A DNA stretch of 64,000 nucleotides from an uncultured Fibrobacterales bacterium (GTDB taxonomy: Bacteria; Fibrobacterota; Fibrobacteria; Fibrobacterales; CAWVXU01). The DNA is taken from contig CAWVXU010000003.1 of the NCBI GenBank assembly GCA_963934255.1, positions 4,209-68,208 on the forward strand, given 5' to 3'. The position numbers and the translations under genes were made by a program. Under the pieces are notes generated by a model. The model searched no databases. It saw only the letters and a program-made list of their open reading frames with translations, and had not been told where the DNA came from. This document shows positions 28,790-39,250 of the stretch, piece after piece (the stretch's first letter is position 1; each line of letters starts with the position of its first letter).

Positions 28790-28797
28790 CTTTTTAA

Positions 28798-29268
28798 TTA
28801 CACCATAGTTGCAGTAAGAACTGCATCAGATACACATTTGTCACCCACATAACACTTGGCTTGTGCTGAACCAATTCCACGACGGAATTTTTCAATATTA
28901 ACTTCCATGCGAATAGTATCACCTGGGCGAACTGGTGCACGGAAACGACATTTGTCCACACCCATAAATGCAGGACGCTTACCTTGGGTAAATTCTGGCT
29001 CAGCCAAATACATCAAGATACAGAAAACTTGTGCCATCGCTTCAACTTGCATCACACCAGGCATGACAGGCTCTGAAGGGAAGTGACCTTGGAAATAGGG
29101 CTCGTTAAATGTCACATTTTTGATTGCAGTGATGACGCCATCCTCAAATGATACAACTTTATCTACCAGAAGAAAGGGATATCTATGAGGAAGTATCTCT
29201 AAAATCCCAGCATAATCAATCAATACGTTGGGGTCTTGGGGCTTGGGTAGGTTATCTAAAATACTCAT
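28798..29268 (-). CDS. fabZ: 3-hydroxyacyl-ACP dehydratase
   Basis: LPHRYPFLLVDKV, FFQGHFP..PVMPGV. Confidence 0.95.
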   Translation of the reverse strand: MSILDNLPKPQDPNVLIDYAGILEILPHRYPFLLVDKVVSFEDGVITAIKNVTFNEPYFQGHFPSEPVMPGVMQVEAMAQVFCILMYLAEPEFTQGKRPAFMGVDKCRFRAPVRPGDTIRMEVNIEKFRRGIGSAQAKCYVGDKCVSDAVLTATMV

Positions 29269-30190
29269 CTAAAAGTCCTTTTAAGATTTGGTGGTGTTCA
29301 AAGTGTCCTGCATTTCGCAAGGAGTACGGTCCTCTTGGGAGCCTGAGAGAGAAGATAGCCAAATCACCAATGAAATCCACACATTTATGTAAGAGAAATT
29401 CACGCTCAATAGAGCCTTGAGGAACACGATGATAGTGATTCCAAGTCCAAACTCCTAAGCCCGGCCCCTGCTGAATACTAGCCCACCCGGATTCAAAATT
29501 GGCACCGACCAGAAGACCTTTGTTTTTGAGCGCTTCCAAATCCTTAGCTTGAATAAAGCTTCGGGCACAAAGAAGTTCTTGGATTAATTGACTTTTTTCA
29601 AGCAAAGACAGGCTACCTAAACTCCAGACCACTTGCCCAGAAGAATTAGCATTTTTTAGATGAGTGAGTTCATATTGAATTAAAAACTGAGTGCCGTTTT
29701 GATGGCCATTATTTATTAGGAAGTTATGAATCAACTCATCTTTTGTGATTGCTAAGGTTTGAGTAAGATGAATAATCCATGGCCAAGCACTGCCATCTAA
29801 AATTGGGAACTCCTCCGACTCCAATCTCACATAGAGATCTTTATTGAGAATTTGAAAACTTGGATATGCAAATACTAGTGCAGCAAGGAAATGCTCTGGA
29901 GTCTTGAGCTGAAAAGTATCTCGGTTAACAATGTCTTTTTTAAATTTTTGCCCTGAGAATGTCACTGAGTCATCCAGAAGAAGTGTCATCCAGGTAGCGT
30001 TAAAAGCTTCTAATTTTGGTGCTTGCTTCAAAGCCCACACTCCCTCTTCGTACCATTTCTGATAACTACTCATACCCTGGAGTTTAATAAAGACTCGACC
30101 TTGCCCTGAAAGAGTGTAAAGATGGACTTGATTAAGAATATCTGAGTGAACACCTCGACCCTGAACTTCAGCTTTCACTGATTTTCTCAT
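29252..30190 (-). CDS. lpxC: UDP-3-O-acyl-GlcNAc deacetylase, divergent
   Basis: Position between lpxD and fabZ. Retains GRGVHS, TPEHFLAAL (Glu-His) and HKCVDFIGDL (HxxxD zinc motif), then NAGHFEHHQIL. The rest of the protein is weakly conserved. Confidence 0.65.
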   Translation of the reverse strand: MRKSVKAEVQGRGVHSDILNQVHLYTLSGQGRVFIKLQGMSSYQKWYEEGVWALKQAPKLEAFNATWMTLLLDDSVTFSGQKFKKDIVNRDTFQLKTPEHFLAALVFAYPSFQILNKDLYVRLESEEFPILDGSAWPWIIHLTQTLAITKDELIHNFLINNGHQNGTQFLIQYELTHLKNANSSGQVVWSLGSLSLLEKSQLIQELLCARSFIQAKDLEALKNKGLLVGANFESGWASIQQGPGLGVWTWNHYHRVPQGSIEREFLLHKCVDFIGDLAIFSLRLPRGPYSLRNAGHFEHHQILKGLLDEYFR

Positions 30191-31304
30191 CTGGATTTTC
30201 TGTGGTTTCTGAAAACTTTATACTGTCGGAGATCGTAGCAGCCTTGTTTGTAGACTTTTCATGAGTCAATAAATAGTTCATACGATGCCATTTTCTAATA
30301 GGCATTGATGGGAACCCTGCATGGGTCATTCCCGCTTGAACATCCTTGATCACTCCGGCTTTGGCTGCTATTTGAGCTCCGGTCCCGATGGTGATGTGGT
30401 CTTTAATCTGCGCTCCCCCAGCGATAGCTACATTATCACCAATAACACTTGAGCCACCTACACCACTTTGTGACGCCATAAATACATTTTTGCCTAGAAG
30501 GGTATGGTGACCTATTTGCACAAAGCTATCAAGCTGTGAACCCGTTCCTACTTGAGTAGGGATAAGAGAGCCTGAAGCGATGACGCATTGAGGACCAATT
30601 GACACTCTGTCTTCAATCTTGACTCCAGCTAGATGAGGGATATGTTGACCTTCTTTGTCATAGCCAAATCCTTCACTACCAATCACCGTATTAGCCATGA
30701 TATGTGAATCTGCACCAATTGTCGAACCTGGATAAATCTTCACACCTGCATCAATCTTGGTATTCTCACCAATCGAGGTGTTAGTTCCTATCCAAACAAG
30801 TGGACCAATGCTAACACCAATCGCGATAGAGCCCTCTACCACCGAGCTAGGGTGAATCTGAGCTTGTTGAGTTATGTGCCGGGAATCTGTAGCTGATTCT
30901 TTATGACCTATATCTTCTGTCTGCCCAAACTTTTCTAATGTCAATTCTTCCAAGACATCTCTATGGAGGAAATCACCTAACTGTATTTTTAATTGAAGTT
31001 GAGCCAATGGGTCGTTGAAAATTGAAAAATTCCAATTTATTAATAAATCAGGTTGTATGTTCAATCGTTTAATAAGGTAGTTCTTAGATGATTTAGAGAC
31101 CCAGAAATGTAAAGTTAGATACAGTAATTTCTGAATATTTTCTTCGGATTCTGGTTGCGAATTGAAATGTAAATCAAGCCAAGAATCAACATCTGCGATC
31201 TTATTAAGGATGATAAGAGAGTTTTTGATTGGATATTCTCTTGGATCGAGAATTTGCTTTATAGAGATATTTGCTAATTCACTAGCTGGATTAACTTTTA
31301 ACAC
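30168..31304 (-). CDS. lpxD: UDP-3-O-acylglucosamine N-acyltransferase with atypical N-terminal about 140 aa
   Basis: Hexapeptide-repeat core IHPSSVVEGS...GSEGFGY...IGHHTLLGKN...GGSSVIGDNV and C-terminal GFPSMPIRKWHRM. Confidence 0.8.
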   Translation of the reverse strand: MLKVNPASELANISIKQILDPREYPIKNSLIILNKIADVDSWLDLHFNSQPESEENIQKLLYLTLHFWVSKSSKNYLIKRLNIQPDLLINWNFSIFNDPLAQLQLKIQLGDFLHRDVLEELTLEKFGQTEDIGHKESATDSRHITQQAQIHPSSVVEGSIAIGVSIGPLVWIGTNTSIGENTKIDAGVKIYPGSTIGADSHIMANTVIGSEGFGYDKEGQHIPHLAGVKIEDRVSIGPQCVIASGSLIPTQVGTGSQLDSFVQIGHHTLLGKNVFMASQSGVGGSSVIGDNVAIAGGAQIKDHITIGTGAQIAAKAGVIKDVQAGMTHAGFPSMPIRKWHRMNYLLTHEKSTNKAATISDSIKFSETTENPDEKISES

Positions 31305-31319
31305 AAGGCTATTAGAAGG

Positions 31320-31835
31320 TTAAGGCTTTTTAGTCGCGTTTAACTCGTCAAGTACTCTTTGAGTCAAATCATGCTCAGCTTTCCAAAAAACGACTGCACC
31401 ACTTGCTCTATCGACAACCATATCATAGCCTTCTTGTAAAGATATTTCGTTGATGGCTGCTCGCACTTCTTGAATAAGTGGGGCTGAGATTTTTTGATTT
31501 TCTGCTACAAGCTCGCCATTCATACCATAAATCTTATCAACAAAAGCGCCCAGTGTTGCTTCTTTTTGTGCAAGCTCACCCTCCAACTCTTGCTTTTTTT
31601 CTTCAGATAGGATAAGTGATTGTTTGTCAAGTTGCTCAAGAAGATAGGCGACTTCTTTTTGAAGCAAGTTAGATTCTTGCTCCCACTTGGCTAACTTTTG
31701 ATCATATTGATCTTGAATACTTGAAGCACCCTTGTATTTTTTGAGGATTATTCTGGAGTCTACATGAGCCACTCTCATATCTTGTGACCAAGTCAAAGAT
31801 ATCATCACTACAAGAAGTAATATAAAGTGCCTCAT
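31320..31835 (-). CDS. skp: OmpH/Skp periplasmic chaperone
   Basis: Signal peptide, coiled-coil Lys/Glu/Gln-rich 171-aa protein, immediately downstream of bamA. Confidence 0.8.
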   Translation of the reverse strand: MRHFILLLVVMISLTWSQDMRVAHVDSRIILKKYKGASSIQDQYDQKLAKWEQESNLLQKEVAYLLEQLDKQSLILSEEKKQELEGELAQKEATLGAFVDKIYGMNGELVAENQKISAPLIQEVRAAINEISLQEGYDMVVDRASGAVVFWKAEHDLTQRVLDELNATKKP

Positions 31836-31844
31836 TATCTCTCC

Positions 31845-34634
31845 TTAGAAACCTTGTTCAATCACAAAGTTAAGCCTGTACTCGTCTGAATAGTTAGTGC
31901 CTTCAATTTGGTTTAATTTATCCATATCTAATGGCCAACCAAAGTCAAATCCAATAATCCCCAACATAGGCACAATAACTCTAAACCCAAAACCAACGTC
32001 TCTCACCATTTGGTTGAGGTCAATTTCTTCCCAAGGCTTAGGAAGATCTTTTTCTTCAGGTACATCGGATGATTCGGAGAAAGACTGCCCGTATACCATA
32101 CCAGCATCGAAGAATGCTTGTAAATAGAATCTGTTTTCCGCAACTGGATATGTCAACTGAGAAGTAAATGAACTATAGGTACGTCCAATTCGACTGAGAC
32201 CAATCGCACCTGGGTCATATCCACGCATTTTACCCTGATAGCCGAGCATACCACCCATCTGATAGAGTGAAAAATATTGAATTGAAGGTCCAGCGATAAT
32301 GCCTAAATGATTTTCAAGACCGAGAGCGAGACCACCCACAATTGGGAACCACCACTTAATTTCAGTTTCTGTTTTAATAAAATTAAAGTTGTCTTGCTTT
32401 CTATAATCCGTTGATTCCACAATTGGAAAAGCATAAGTAACTGATACTTTGTAGCGAGAACCTTCTGTAGGAAATTGTGGTAAATTTTTATCATCACGAA
32501 TCAGTGTGATACCAGCTGATGTTTCATACCCAGTCTTTTGAATGATGCCCCGATTGTTATCACCTTGAACATTTTCTTGGAATGAAAGATCACTCTGTAC
32601 GTAGAAGTAATCGTCAGGCCAAGTTAAGCGACGCCCAAGGAATGTAGAGACACCACGACGCATCACATCTTCACGACCTGCTAATTTGTATTTCGAATAG
32701 TTAGCACGAGCTCCAAGACTTGTTGGCGTATCCATAAACCAAGGCTCACTAAATCCAATTGAGTAATTTTCACGGTTAGCACCATATTCAATATTAAGAT
32801 CTGCCCGTTGCCCATCACCCAAACAACAGTTAGGGATAGAAAGCCCCAAAGTACCCACAAGACCATCACGAGCTGAAAATGCCATACCTGCGGTAAACTG
32901 CCCTGTACCAGCTTCGCGCTCTGCTACACTAAAGACAAGATCAACTTCCTGCTCACCTACCACTTTAACATCAGGAAGAACATTATCAAAATAGTTGAGC
33001 TGCATGATATCTCGGAAAGATCTTTCCATAAGAGATTGACGATATGTGTCGCCAGGGAAAAGTTTGATTTCACGACGAATCACTTTATCTTTAGTCGTTG
33101 TATTATCAGTGATGATGACTTTACGAACCGAAGCAGGCAATCCTTCAGTTATCACAAAAGTGACATCGACTAGCGAATCTCTATAAGTTTTTTGTTCATC
33201 TATGCGGACAAACAAATATCCATCTTCGCGGTAAAGACCGTAGACTCGTTGAACCATTTCCTGATATTTAGCTTCATTGAAAGTTTCGCCTTCTACAAGA
33301 TTGACTTGAGAGTTGAGTACTGGATCAGTCAGGACTTTGTTTTCTAAAAAGGTAAAGCGCCCAGCATAGTATTTGCGGCCTTCATGTACCTTTGAGTATA
33401 AACGAACTTTAGAAGAATGAATTGACTCAGAGAAGCGAGCTAGTGGATAGTTTTCTTCTAAGATTAAACGAAGCGCCAAACGATCATCTATTGCTGAGCG
33501 CTTTGTTTGTGATAATAATTTAGTTAATTTTGCGTTTTTGAATGTACGGTCTTCTACAAGGATATCTATAGCAAGGCTTCTTAGCTCTTCTTGTTCAATA
33601 AGTCGGTTAAGAAACAGCACTAGCTCTTCTTCATTACCAAACGGCTTTACGCGAGTTGATTGAGGTGTTTTGCCTTTAGCGCCAAAGCGTCTCTTGTAAA
33701 GATTATTAGTGCTTTGGTTTTGATCATATAACCGAGCAAGTGCTGAGCCCTCTTTGAGAATATCTTCGTTAACAGATTTAAGTAAAGTACCGAGTTCGAT
33801 ATCACCTTGAGTGATATCCCCTCCATAAAATCTATAGCTTGTATCAGGTAAGTATTCATTTCTATATTCAAGTACCTCCGCATCTAAATATCCAAATCGA
33901 TGATAGGTATTAACAATACTGTCTTGATCTGACTCCCAAGCTTCTTCTTTATACTCACCAGCTGCGTACCAGTGATCAACAGAAGACTCTAAATGTTTTA
34001 TGATTTCTTCGGCATTAACAAGGGTATTGCCTTCAATTTTAATTTCTTCAACTGTGACTTTTTGTCCTTCAACAATTCTAAAAGTCACATCTGTGCGACC
34101 TGTTTCCGGATTCACAATTTTATCTAGATAGACTTCCACAAGTAAAAATCCATCGTCTTTATACTGTTGAATTATACGCTGGCGATTACGCTCTAAGTCT
34201 GCTTGTCCAAAGACTTGGCCCTCAACAAGACGAATACGGTCTTCAATGTCTTCAGTCATTATTTCGTCATTGCCGGACACTTCATATCGACCTAGGGTCG
34301 GGCGTTCGGTTATATTAAAGATAAATATGACATCTGATGTGGCATCGGGATATTCAACTTCAACATTGATGTCTGAAAAAAGACCTGATTTGTGAAGTTT
34401 TTCAATGGATTCAGAAACCTTATCACGCAAAATTGCAGGGTGATAGGATTTGTCTACTGTGAAGGTCAAACGAGACAATACGACGCTTTGATCAACAAAC
34501 TGATTGCCAAACACACGAATCTCTTTGACTCTGTTTGCTTTTAATTGAGTTGATTCGTTCAAGAATTGCGCTTGAACACTTTGAGGTCTACCCAAAGCAA
34601 GGAAAATAAAAATGACCAAATATCTCATATGCAT
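31845..34634 (-). CDS. bamA: Outer membrane protein assembly factor BamA (929 aa, extended POTRA region)
   Basis: POTRA-like repeats (I.EI.V.GN..., F.I.EG.K..V..I.I.GN), a C-terminal Omp85 barrel, and the terminal aromatic residue ...FVIEQGF. Confidence 0.9.
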   Translation of the reverse strand: MHMRYLVIFIFLALGRPQSVQAQFLNESTQLKANRVKEIRVFGNQFVDQSVVLSRLTFTVDKSYHPAILRDKVSESIEKLHKSGLFSDINVEVEYPDATSDVIFIFNITERPTLGRYEVSGNDEIMTEDIEDRIRLVEGQVFGQADLERNRQRIIQQYKDDGFLLVEVYLDKIVNPETGRTDVTFRIVEGQKVTVEEIKIEGNTLVNAEEIIKHLESSVDHWYAAGEYKEEAWESDQDSIVNTYHRFGYLDAEVLEYRNEYLPDTSYRFYGGDITQGDIELGTLLKSVNEDILKEGSALARLYDQNQSTNNLYKRRFGAKGKTPQSTRVKPFGNEEELVLFLNRLIEQEELRSLAIDILVEDRTFKNAKLTKLLSQTKRSAIDDRLALRLILEENYPLARFSESIHSSKVRLYSKVHEGRKYYAGRFTFLENKVLTDPVLNSQVNLVEGETFNEAKYQEMVQRVYGLYREDGYLFVRIDEQKTYRDSLVDVTFVITEGLPASVRKVIITDNTTTKDKVIRREIKLFPGDTYRQSLMERSFRDIMQLNYFDNVLPDVKVVGEQEVDLVFSVAEREAGTGQFTAGMAFSARDGLVGTLGLSIPNCCLGDGQRADLNIEYGANRENYSIGFSEPWFMDTPTSLGARANYSKYKLAGREDVMRRGVSTFLGRRLTWPDDYFYVQSDLSFQENVQGDNNRGIIQKTGYETSAGITLIRDDKNLPQFPTEGSRYKVSVTYAFPIVESTDYRKQDNFNFIKTETEIKWWFPIVGGLALGLENHLGIIAGPSIQYFSLYQMGGMLGYQGKMRGYDPGAIGLSRIGRTYSSFTSQLTYPVAENRFYLQAFFDAGMVYGQSFSESSDVPEEKDLPKPWEEIDLNQMVRDVGFGFRVIVPMLGIIGFDFGWPLDMDKLNQIEGTNYSDEYRLNFVIEQGF

Positions 34635-34675
34635 GTAATAATCTTCTAAAATTTTGTTCTGCCAAGCTAGTGTAA

Positions 34676-34705
34676 AACTAAAAACCCGGAGTCTACGACA
34701 CCGGG
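34676..34705 (-). terminator. Putative terminator after clpC
   Basis: Minus strand reads CCCGG-tgtcgtagact-CCGGG followed by TTTTTAGTTTT. The stem is short. Confidence 0.45.
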
Positions 34706-34747
34706 CAAAATAACAAGTTCTAAGGCGAAAACCTTTATTTTTATGAT

Positions 34748-37288
34748 TTAGTCTTCAGATTCTTTGTTTGAAGTCAGGATTTCTGCTTCAATTGGTGAAG
34801 ATTCATCAGATGACTCCATCTGAAGATCTTTTCTGAGCTCTGAACTAAAGGTCAGACCCTTTTCACTTTTGCCTACTTTGACCACAGATTTGTTAAGAAT
34901 ATTGCCATTAAGGAAGGATTCAGCTAACTCATCTTCTACAAGATTCTGAATTGATCTAGCAAGAGGTCGAGCTCCAAGCATAGGGTCATAACCTTCTTTG
35001 ATAATATGAGCCTTAGCCTCATCATCCACTTCTAGAATGACTTGACGTTCTTCTAGTCGTTTTTGGAGGTCATCGAGTTGAATATCAACTACTTCGACAA
35101 GATCTTCTTCATTGAGCGATCTAAAAATCACTAAATCATCTACCCGATTGATAAATTCAGGGTTAAAAACTCTTTTGATTTCATCGCGAATTTGACGATC
35201 CATGCGGTCATATTCAGCTTCATCAGTTGCTTTGGCAAAACCCATACCTGTGCCACGGCGCAGGTATTTGGCTCCCACATTAGAAGTCATAATAATAATT
35301 GTGTTTTTAAAGTTCACTCGACGCCCATAGGAGTCCGTCAAAATACCATCATCAAGAATTTGAAGAAGAATGTTAAATACATCAGGGTGAGCTTTTTCAA
35401 TTTCATCCAGTAATATTATAGAATAAGGTTTCTTGCGAACTTTTTCAGTCAATTGACCGCCTTGTTCATCATAACCAACATAGCCAGGAGGGGCACCAAT
35501 CAGTCTAGATACAGAGAATTTTTCCATATATTCAGACATATCGATACGAATCATGGCATCATCGTTTTCAAATAAGCTATGAGTTAAAGCTTTGGCTAGC
35601 TCAGTTTTACCCACACCGGTTGGCCCTAAGAACATAAATGAACCCATGGGACGGCTCGTGTTATGAATCCCCGCCCTTGAACGACGGATCGATTTGGAAA
35701 TTGATTTTAGGGCTGCTTCTTGACCAATGACTCTTTTTCTGAGCTCGTCTTCAAGGTTAAGCACTTTGTGAACCTCTGAATCAGCCATGCGAGTCAATGG
35801 AATACTTGTCATTTTCGAAATCACCTCACGGATGTGGTCTTGATTGACAATCAGAAGCTCTTGTTTACGATCTTCACGCCATTTCACTTTCATCTCAGCA
35901 ATCTCAGCTTTGAGCGTATCTTGCTCATCGCGAAGTTTGGCGGCTTTTTCGTAGTCTTGGTTTTCGACGGCGCCTTCTTTATTCTTGATTATCACATCAA
36001 GGTCAGTTTCTTTGGCGCGCATCTCTGGTGGGATTTCTAATGATGTCAAACGCACGCGGGCACCTGCTTCATCAAGAATATCAATGGCTTTATCAGGAAG
36101 AGCTCGATCACTCATGTAGCGTTCAGACAATTGAACCGCTGACTCAAGTGCGTCATCAGTATAAGTCACTTTATGGTGATTTTCATACTTAGGACGAAGA
36201 CCTTTCATTATTTGCAATGTCTCGGTCACTGAAGGAGGATCCACTAGGATTGTTTGGAAACGACGCTCAAGAGCACCGTCTTTTTCAATAAATTTACGGT
36301 ATTCATCCAATGTCGTCGCACCTATACACTGTAGGTCTCCACGAGCCAAAGCTGGTTTAAAGATATTAGACGCATCAAGTGAGCCTTCTGACCCACCTGC
36401 CCCCACGATAGTGTGTAATTCATCAATGAAGATGATTACATCGCGATTTTTCTGAAGCTCTACCATCAAGGCTTTGAGACGCTCTTCAAATTGTCCGCGA
36501 TACTTAGTACCGGCGACAATAGATGCCATATCAAGTGTCACCACTCGCTTATCTTCTAAAATTTCAGGGATTTTCTTCTGCACAATGGCTTGGGCTAGCC
36601 CCTCTACGATAGCAGTTTTACCAACACCTGGCTCGCCGATTAAACAAGGGTTGTTTTTCTTGCGTCGGCTCAAAATTTGAATGATTCGCTCAATTTCTTC
36701 GGATCGACCAATTATAGGATCCAATTCACCCGTTTTGGCAACTTCCGTGAGATCCCGACCAAAATGATCTAAGAATGGCGTTTTAGATTTCTTTTTGGAA
36801 TCTTTGGCTTCTTCACTATCCGGTGCAACAGAGCTTGAGACACCTGAAGACCCGTTAAGAACTCGTTCGATTTCTTCTTTGACTTTGGCATACTCTACAT
36901 TGACAGTGGCAAGAGCGTTGGCCGCAGCAGACTCATTATCTTTCATGAGAGCGAGTAACAAATGTTCGGTACCAATATATCGGTGACCCATATTGGCAGC
37001 TTCTTGAGCTGCTACCTCTAGGACCTTTTTGGCTCTGGGGGTAAATGGAATCATCTGTCCGATAGTCATCATAGAACCTGTTGCGGTGATTGATCGCTCA
37101 ATATCACGACTGAGTTCACCCAAATCGACGTTTAAATTTTTAAGAACCGTGATGGCAACGCCTTCACCTTCGCGGATGAGGCCAAGTAACAAATGTTCTG
37201 TCCCTACATAATCGTTGCCTAGGCGCACTGATTCTTCACGCGCTAATTGCATGACCTTCTTTACTCGGTCAGTAAACATTCCGTTCAC
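34748..37288 (-). CDS. clpC: ATP-dependent Clp protease ATP-binding subunit ClpC (class I AAA+)
   Basis: Clp_N repeats ([20 protein letters not shown]) and two Walker A loops ([16 protein letters not shown]). Likely start is [11 protein letters not shown] at 37279. Confidence 0.9.
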   Translation of the reverse strand: MNGMFTDRVKKVMQLAREESVRLGNDYVGTEHLLLGLIREGEGVAITVLKNLNVDLGELSRDIERSITATGSMMTIGQMIPFTPRAKKVLEVAAQEAANMGHRYIGTEHLLLALMKDNESAAANALATVNVEYAKVKEEIERVLNGSSGVSSSVAPDSEEAKDSKKKSKTPFLDHFGRDLTEVAKTGELDPIIGRSEEIERIIQILSRRKKNNPCLIGEPGVGKTAIVEGLAQAIVQKKIPEILEDKRVVTLDMASIVAGTKYRGQFEERLKALMVELQKNRDVIIFIDELHTIVGAGGSEGSLDASNIFKPALARGDLQCIGATTLDEYRKFIEKDGALERRFQTILVDPPSVTETLQIMKGLRPKYENHHKVTYTDDALESAVQLSERYMSDRALPDKAIDILDEAGARVRLTSLEIPPEMRAKETDLDVIIKNKEGAVENQDYEKAAKLRDEQDTLKAEIAEMKVKWREDRKQELLIVNQDHIREVISKMTSIPLTRMADSEVHKVLNLEDELRKRVIGQEAALKSISKSIRRSRAGIHNTSRPMGSFMFLGPTGVGKTELAKALTHSLFENDDAMIRIDMSEYMEKFSVSRLIGAPPGYVGYDEQGGQLTEKVRKKPYSIILLDEIEKAHPDVFNILLQILDDGILTDSYGRRVNFKNTIIIMTSNVGAKYLRRGTGMGFAKATDEAEYDRMDRQIRDEIKRVFNPEFINRVDDLVIFRSLNEEDLVEVVDIQLDDLQKRLEERQVILEVDDEAKAHIIKEGYDPMLGARPLARSIQNLVEDELAESFLNGNILNKSVVKVGKSEKGLTFSSELRKDLQMESSDESSPIEAEILTSNKESED

Positions 37289-37353
37289 ACAAACTCCCTC
37301 GTCTTTAGTTTTTTGAAGTACTCTATTGTTTTATTATACCAAATCATTATCAA

Positions 37354-39021
37354 TTATGCCAACTCAAAGCAAGGATAATCAAATCTACACTGAAATTCTG
37401 TTGTTTTTTCGTAGTGACGCCCCTGTCCTAGAACAGCTAAAGCCCCTGAATCAGTCTTATTTAGGCGAATATGATAATCTTCTCTAGGCTGATTAGAGAG
37501 AGTATCAGTTGGATCCAAAACAAGTACCACAGCAGCACCCGTCAGGGCTACAATCTTATCCAAAGATAATGCGAGTGAAATGTTTTCACCTGATGTAGTG
37601 ATTTGAGTCCCACTAAAGCCAGGTAATTTAGGCATACCGTCAATAATAATGGTTGTATATTCTTTTTGTTCCCATTGAGCGGCGCCTCGAACACGTTTGG
37701 AAATCAAATCCCCAAATTCAGCCACGTTTTTTTCTACACCAAGCAGATGTAAGAAATCAAGATTGGGATGTTTGGCCGTTTCGCCACGCCCTCGAGCGAC
37801 TTCCCAAACTCGCTGGACAAAACTACTTGAGTCAAGCTCCATGTTAACATAAAGTACTCTCGACTCTTCTGTGGCAATATCCATCCATGAACGACCATGA
37901 GCAATCGCTAGTGCCATATCAATTGAAAGCCATGACTTACCTGTGTTCTTATCTCCCACAAGGATCACTTTATGAGACTGACGAAACATATCATTGAGAA
38001 GCTCTAAAGTTTTGGCTGGGGGTTCTTCATATTCTTGAGCTTCTTCAATTAAAGGATCACCATCCAGATAATCATTGGCCCAAACTTGCCATTTTTCAAA
38101 ATCTTCCGCTCCAATATTTGATTCCATGAGGTGACACTGTTTACCTCCAATCAAACTACCCGGGATAGAAACAAAAGCCAAAGGATCGCCATCATAGGTA
38201 TTGACATCAAAATCATTTTCTTTGCAAACTCGATTGATGACACTGACTTTGGCTAGATAGTCCGTCCGGTCAAAGGCACTAATATCCACCCAAGCTTGGA
38301 GGTATTTACCGCCGACATTGACGACTGCAGTACAAGGTAGATTGACCGCTTTGAGATAGGCTAGCTGCATCCCAAGTTCCATACGGCGACTTTCCACCAA
38401 GACATATTTATAGCGAGAAAGGTCCGATTCTCTATCACCAAGAGTTGAGTTTAATCTCAGCCACGCACCGGTTTCTCCATCAAAACTTCGGGAAATTTTG
38501 AGCAACTTATTTTCATCAGCCAACAAATCTTTGACTAATTGAATAGAGGATTTGGATTCTTTGTTTTTGGTGATAGCAACATTGTCGGTAGGCTGAAAAC
38601 ATATGGAGAGTAATTTGATAAAATCTTTGCGCCAATCATCTGCTGGCCATGGGATGTTTTGAGATTCAATATTCAGACTGCGTAAGGCTTGTCTTCGTTT
38701 CATAAAAGGATGAAAAGCGGCCATTGATTGAGCATCAGTTGTACCCGATTGAGTATTTGCCCTAGAGGTTGAAGCAGCTTCTGCTGAGTCCCCACCAAAT
38801 GCGGCTTTACGCTGTGCTTTTTCAAAACCTTCTCGGAGTAAATGCTCGACTCGATCGGAGTTAATCCCCAGCTCTTTAGCACGCGACCCAAGTTGGAATG
38901 AACTTTCCATAAAGGTCCAACCGCGCGCAAATGCTTCAACACAAGCATCATAAAAAAGCCCTTCAGCCTTATCCGGATCGAACTCAGAGTTCATAAATTC
39001 GGTAATTGGACTTATTGCCAT
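37354..39021 (-). CDS. Orphan P-loop ATPase, AAA_25/RepA (RecA-superfamily)-like C-terminal domain with unknown N-terminal two-thirds
   Basis: Walker A LVGDKNTGKSW, Walker B-like TTIIIDGMP, and the SWLSIDMALAIAHG pattern typical of RepA/AAA_25 proteins of plasmids and integrated elements. Confidence 0.55.
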   Translation of the reverse strand: MAISPITEFMNSEFDPDKAEGLFYDACVEAFARGWTFMESSFQLGSRAKELGINSDRVEHLLREGFEKAQRKAAFGGDSAEAASTSRANTQSGTTDAQSMAAFHPFMKRRQALRSLNIESQNIPWPADDWRKDFIKLLSICFQPTDNVAITKNKESKSSIQLVKDLLADENKLLKISRSFDGETGAWLRLNSTLGDRESDLSRYKYVLVESRRMELGMQLAYLKAVNLPCTAVVNVGGKYLQAWVDISAFDRTDYLAKVSVINRVCKENDFDVNTYDGDPLAFVSIPGSLIGGKQCHLMESNIGAEDFEKWQVWANDYLDGDPLIEEAQEYEEPPAKTLELLNDMFRQSHKVILVGDKNTGKSWLSIDMALAIAHGRSWMDIATEESRVLYVNMELDSSSFVQRVWEVARGRGETAKHPNLDFLHLLGVEKNVAEFGDLISKRVRGAAQWEQKEYTTIIIDGMPKLPGFSGTQITTSGENISLALSLDKIVALTGAAVVLVLDPTDTLSNQPREDYHIRLNKTDSGALAVLGQGRHYEKTTEFQCRFDYPCFELA

Positions 39022-39250
39022 ACTACACCACCAGTAATAAAAATTTATCTAGTCCTAAATTGACAATTGACAATCAATCAGACCCTTTCAAAAAATATAT
39101 GCATATCGATCAATAAATCACCCTAAATTCCTCAATATTATCTAAAAACTGAATTTTTCAGGCGGTAAAACAAAAAAGACGACCAAGAGGCCGCCTTTTC
39201 ATTAGTCTGTGAATTGGATTCTGTCGATTGGGGGTTCGAAAGAATTCCGA

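Noticed and set aside
39229-39250. GGGGGTTCGAAAG, a T-loop-like string suggesting a tRNA.
   Set aside because: No complementary T-stem, acceptor stem or anticodon arm can be drawn on either strand. It sits just 3' of the GH18 stop.
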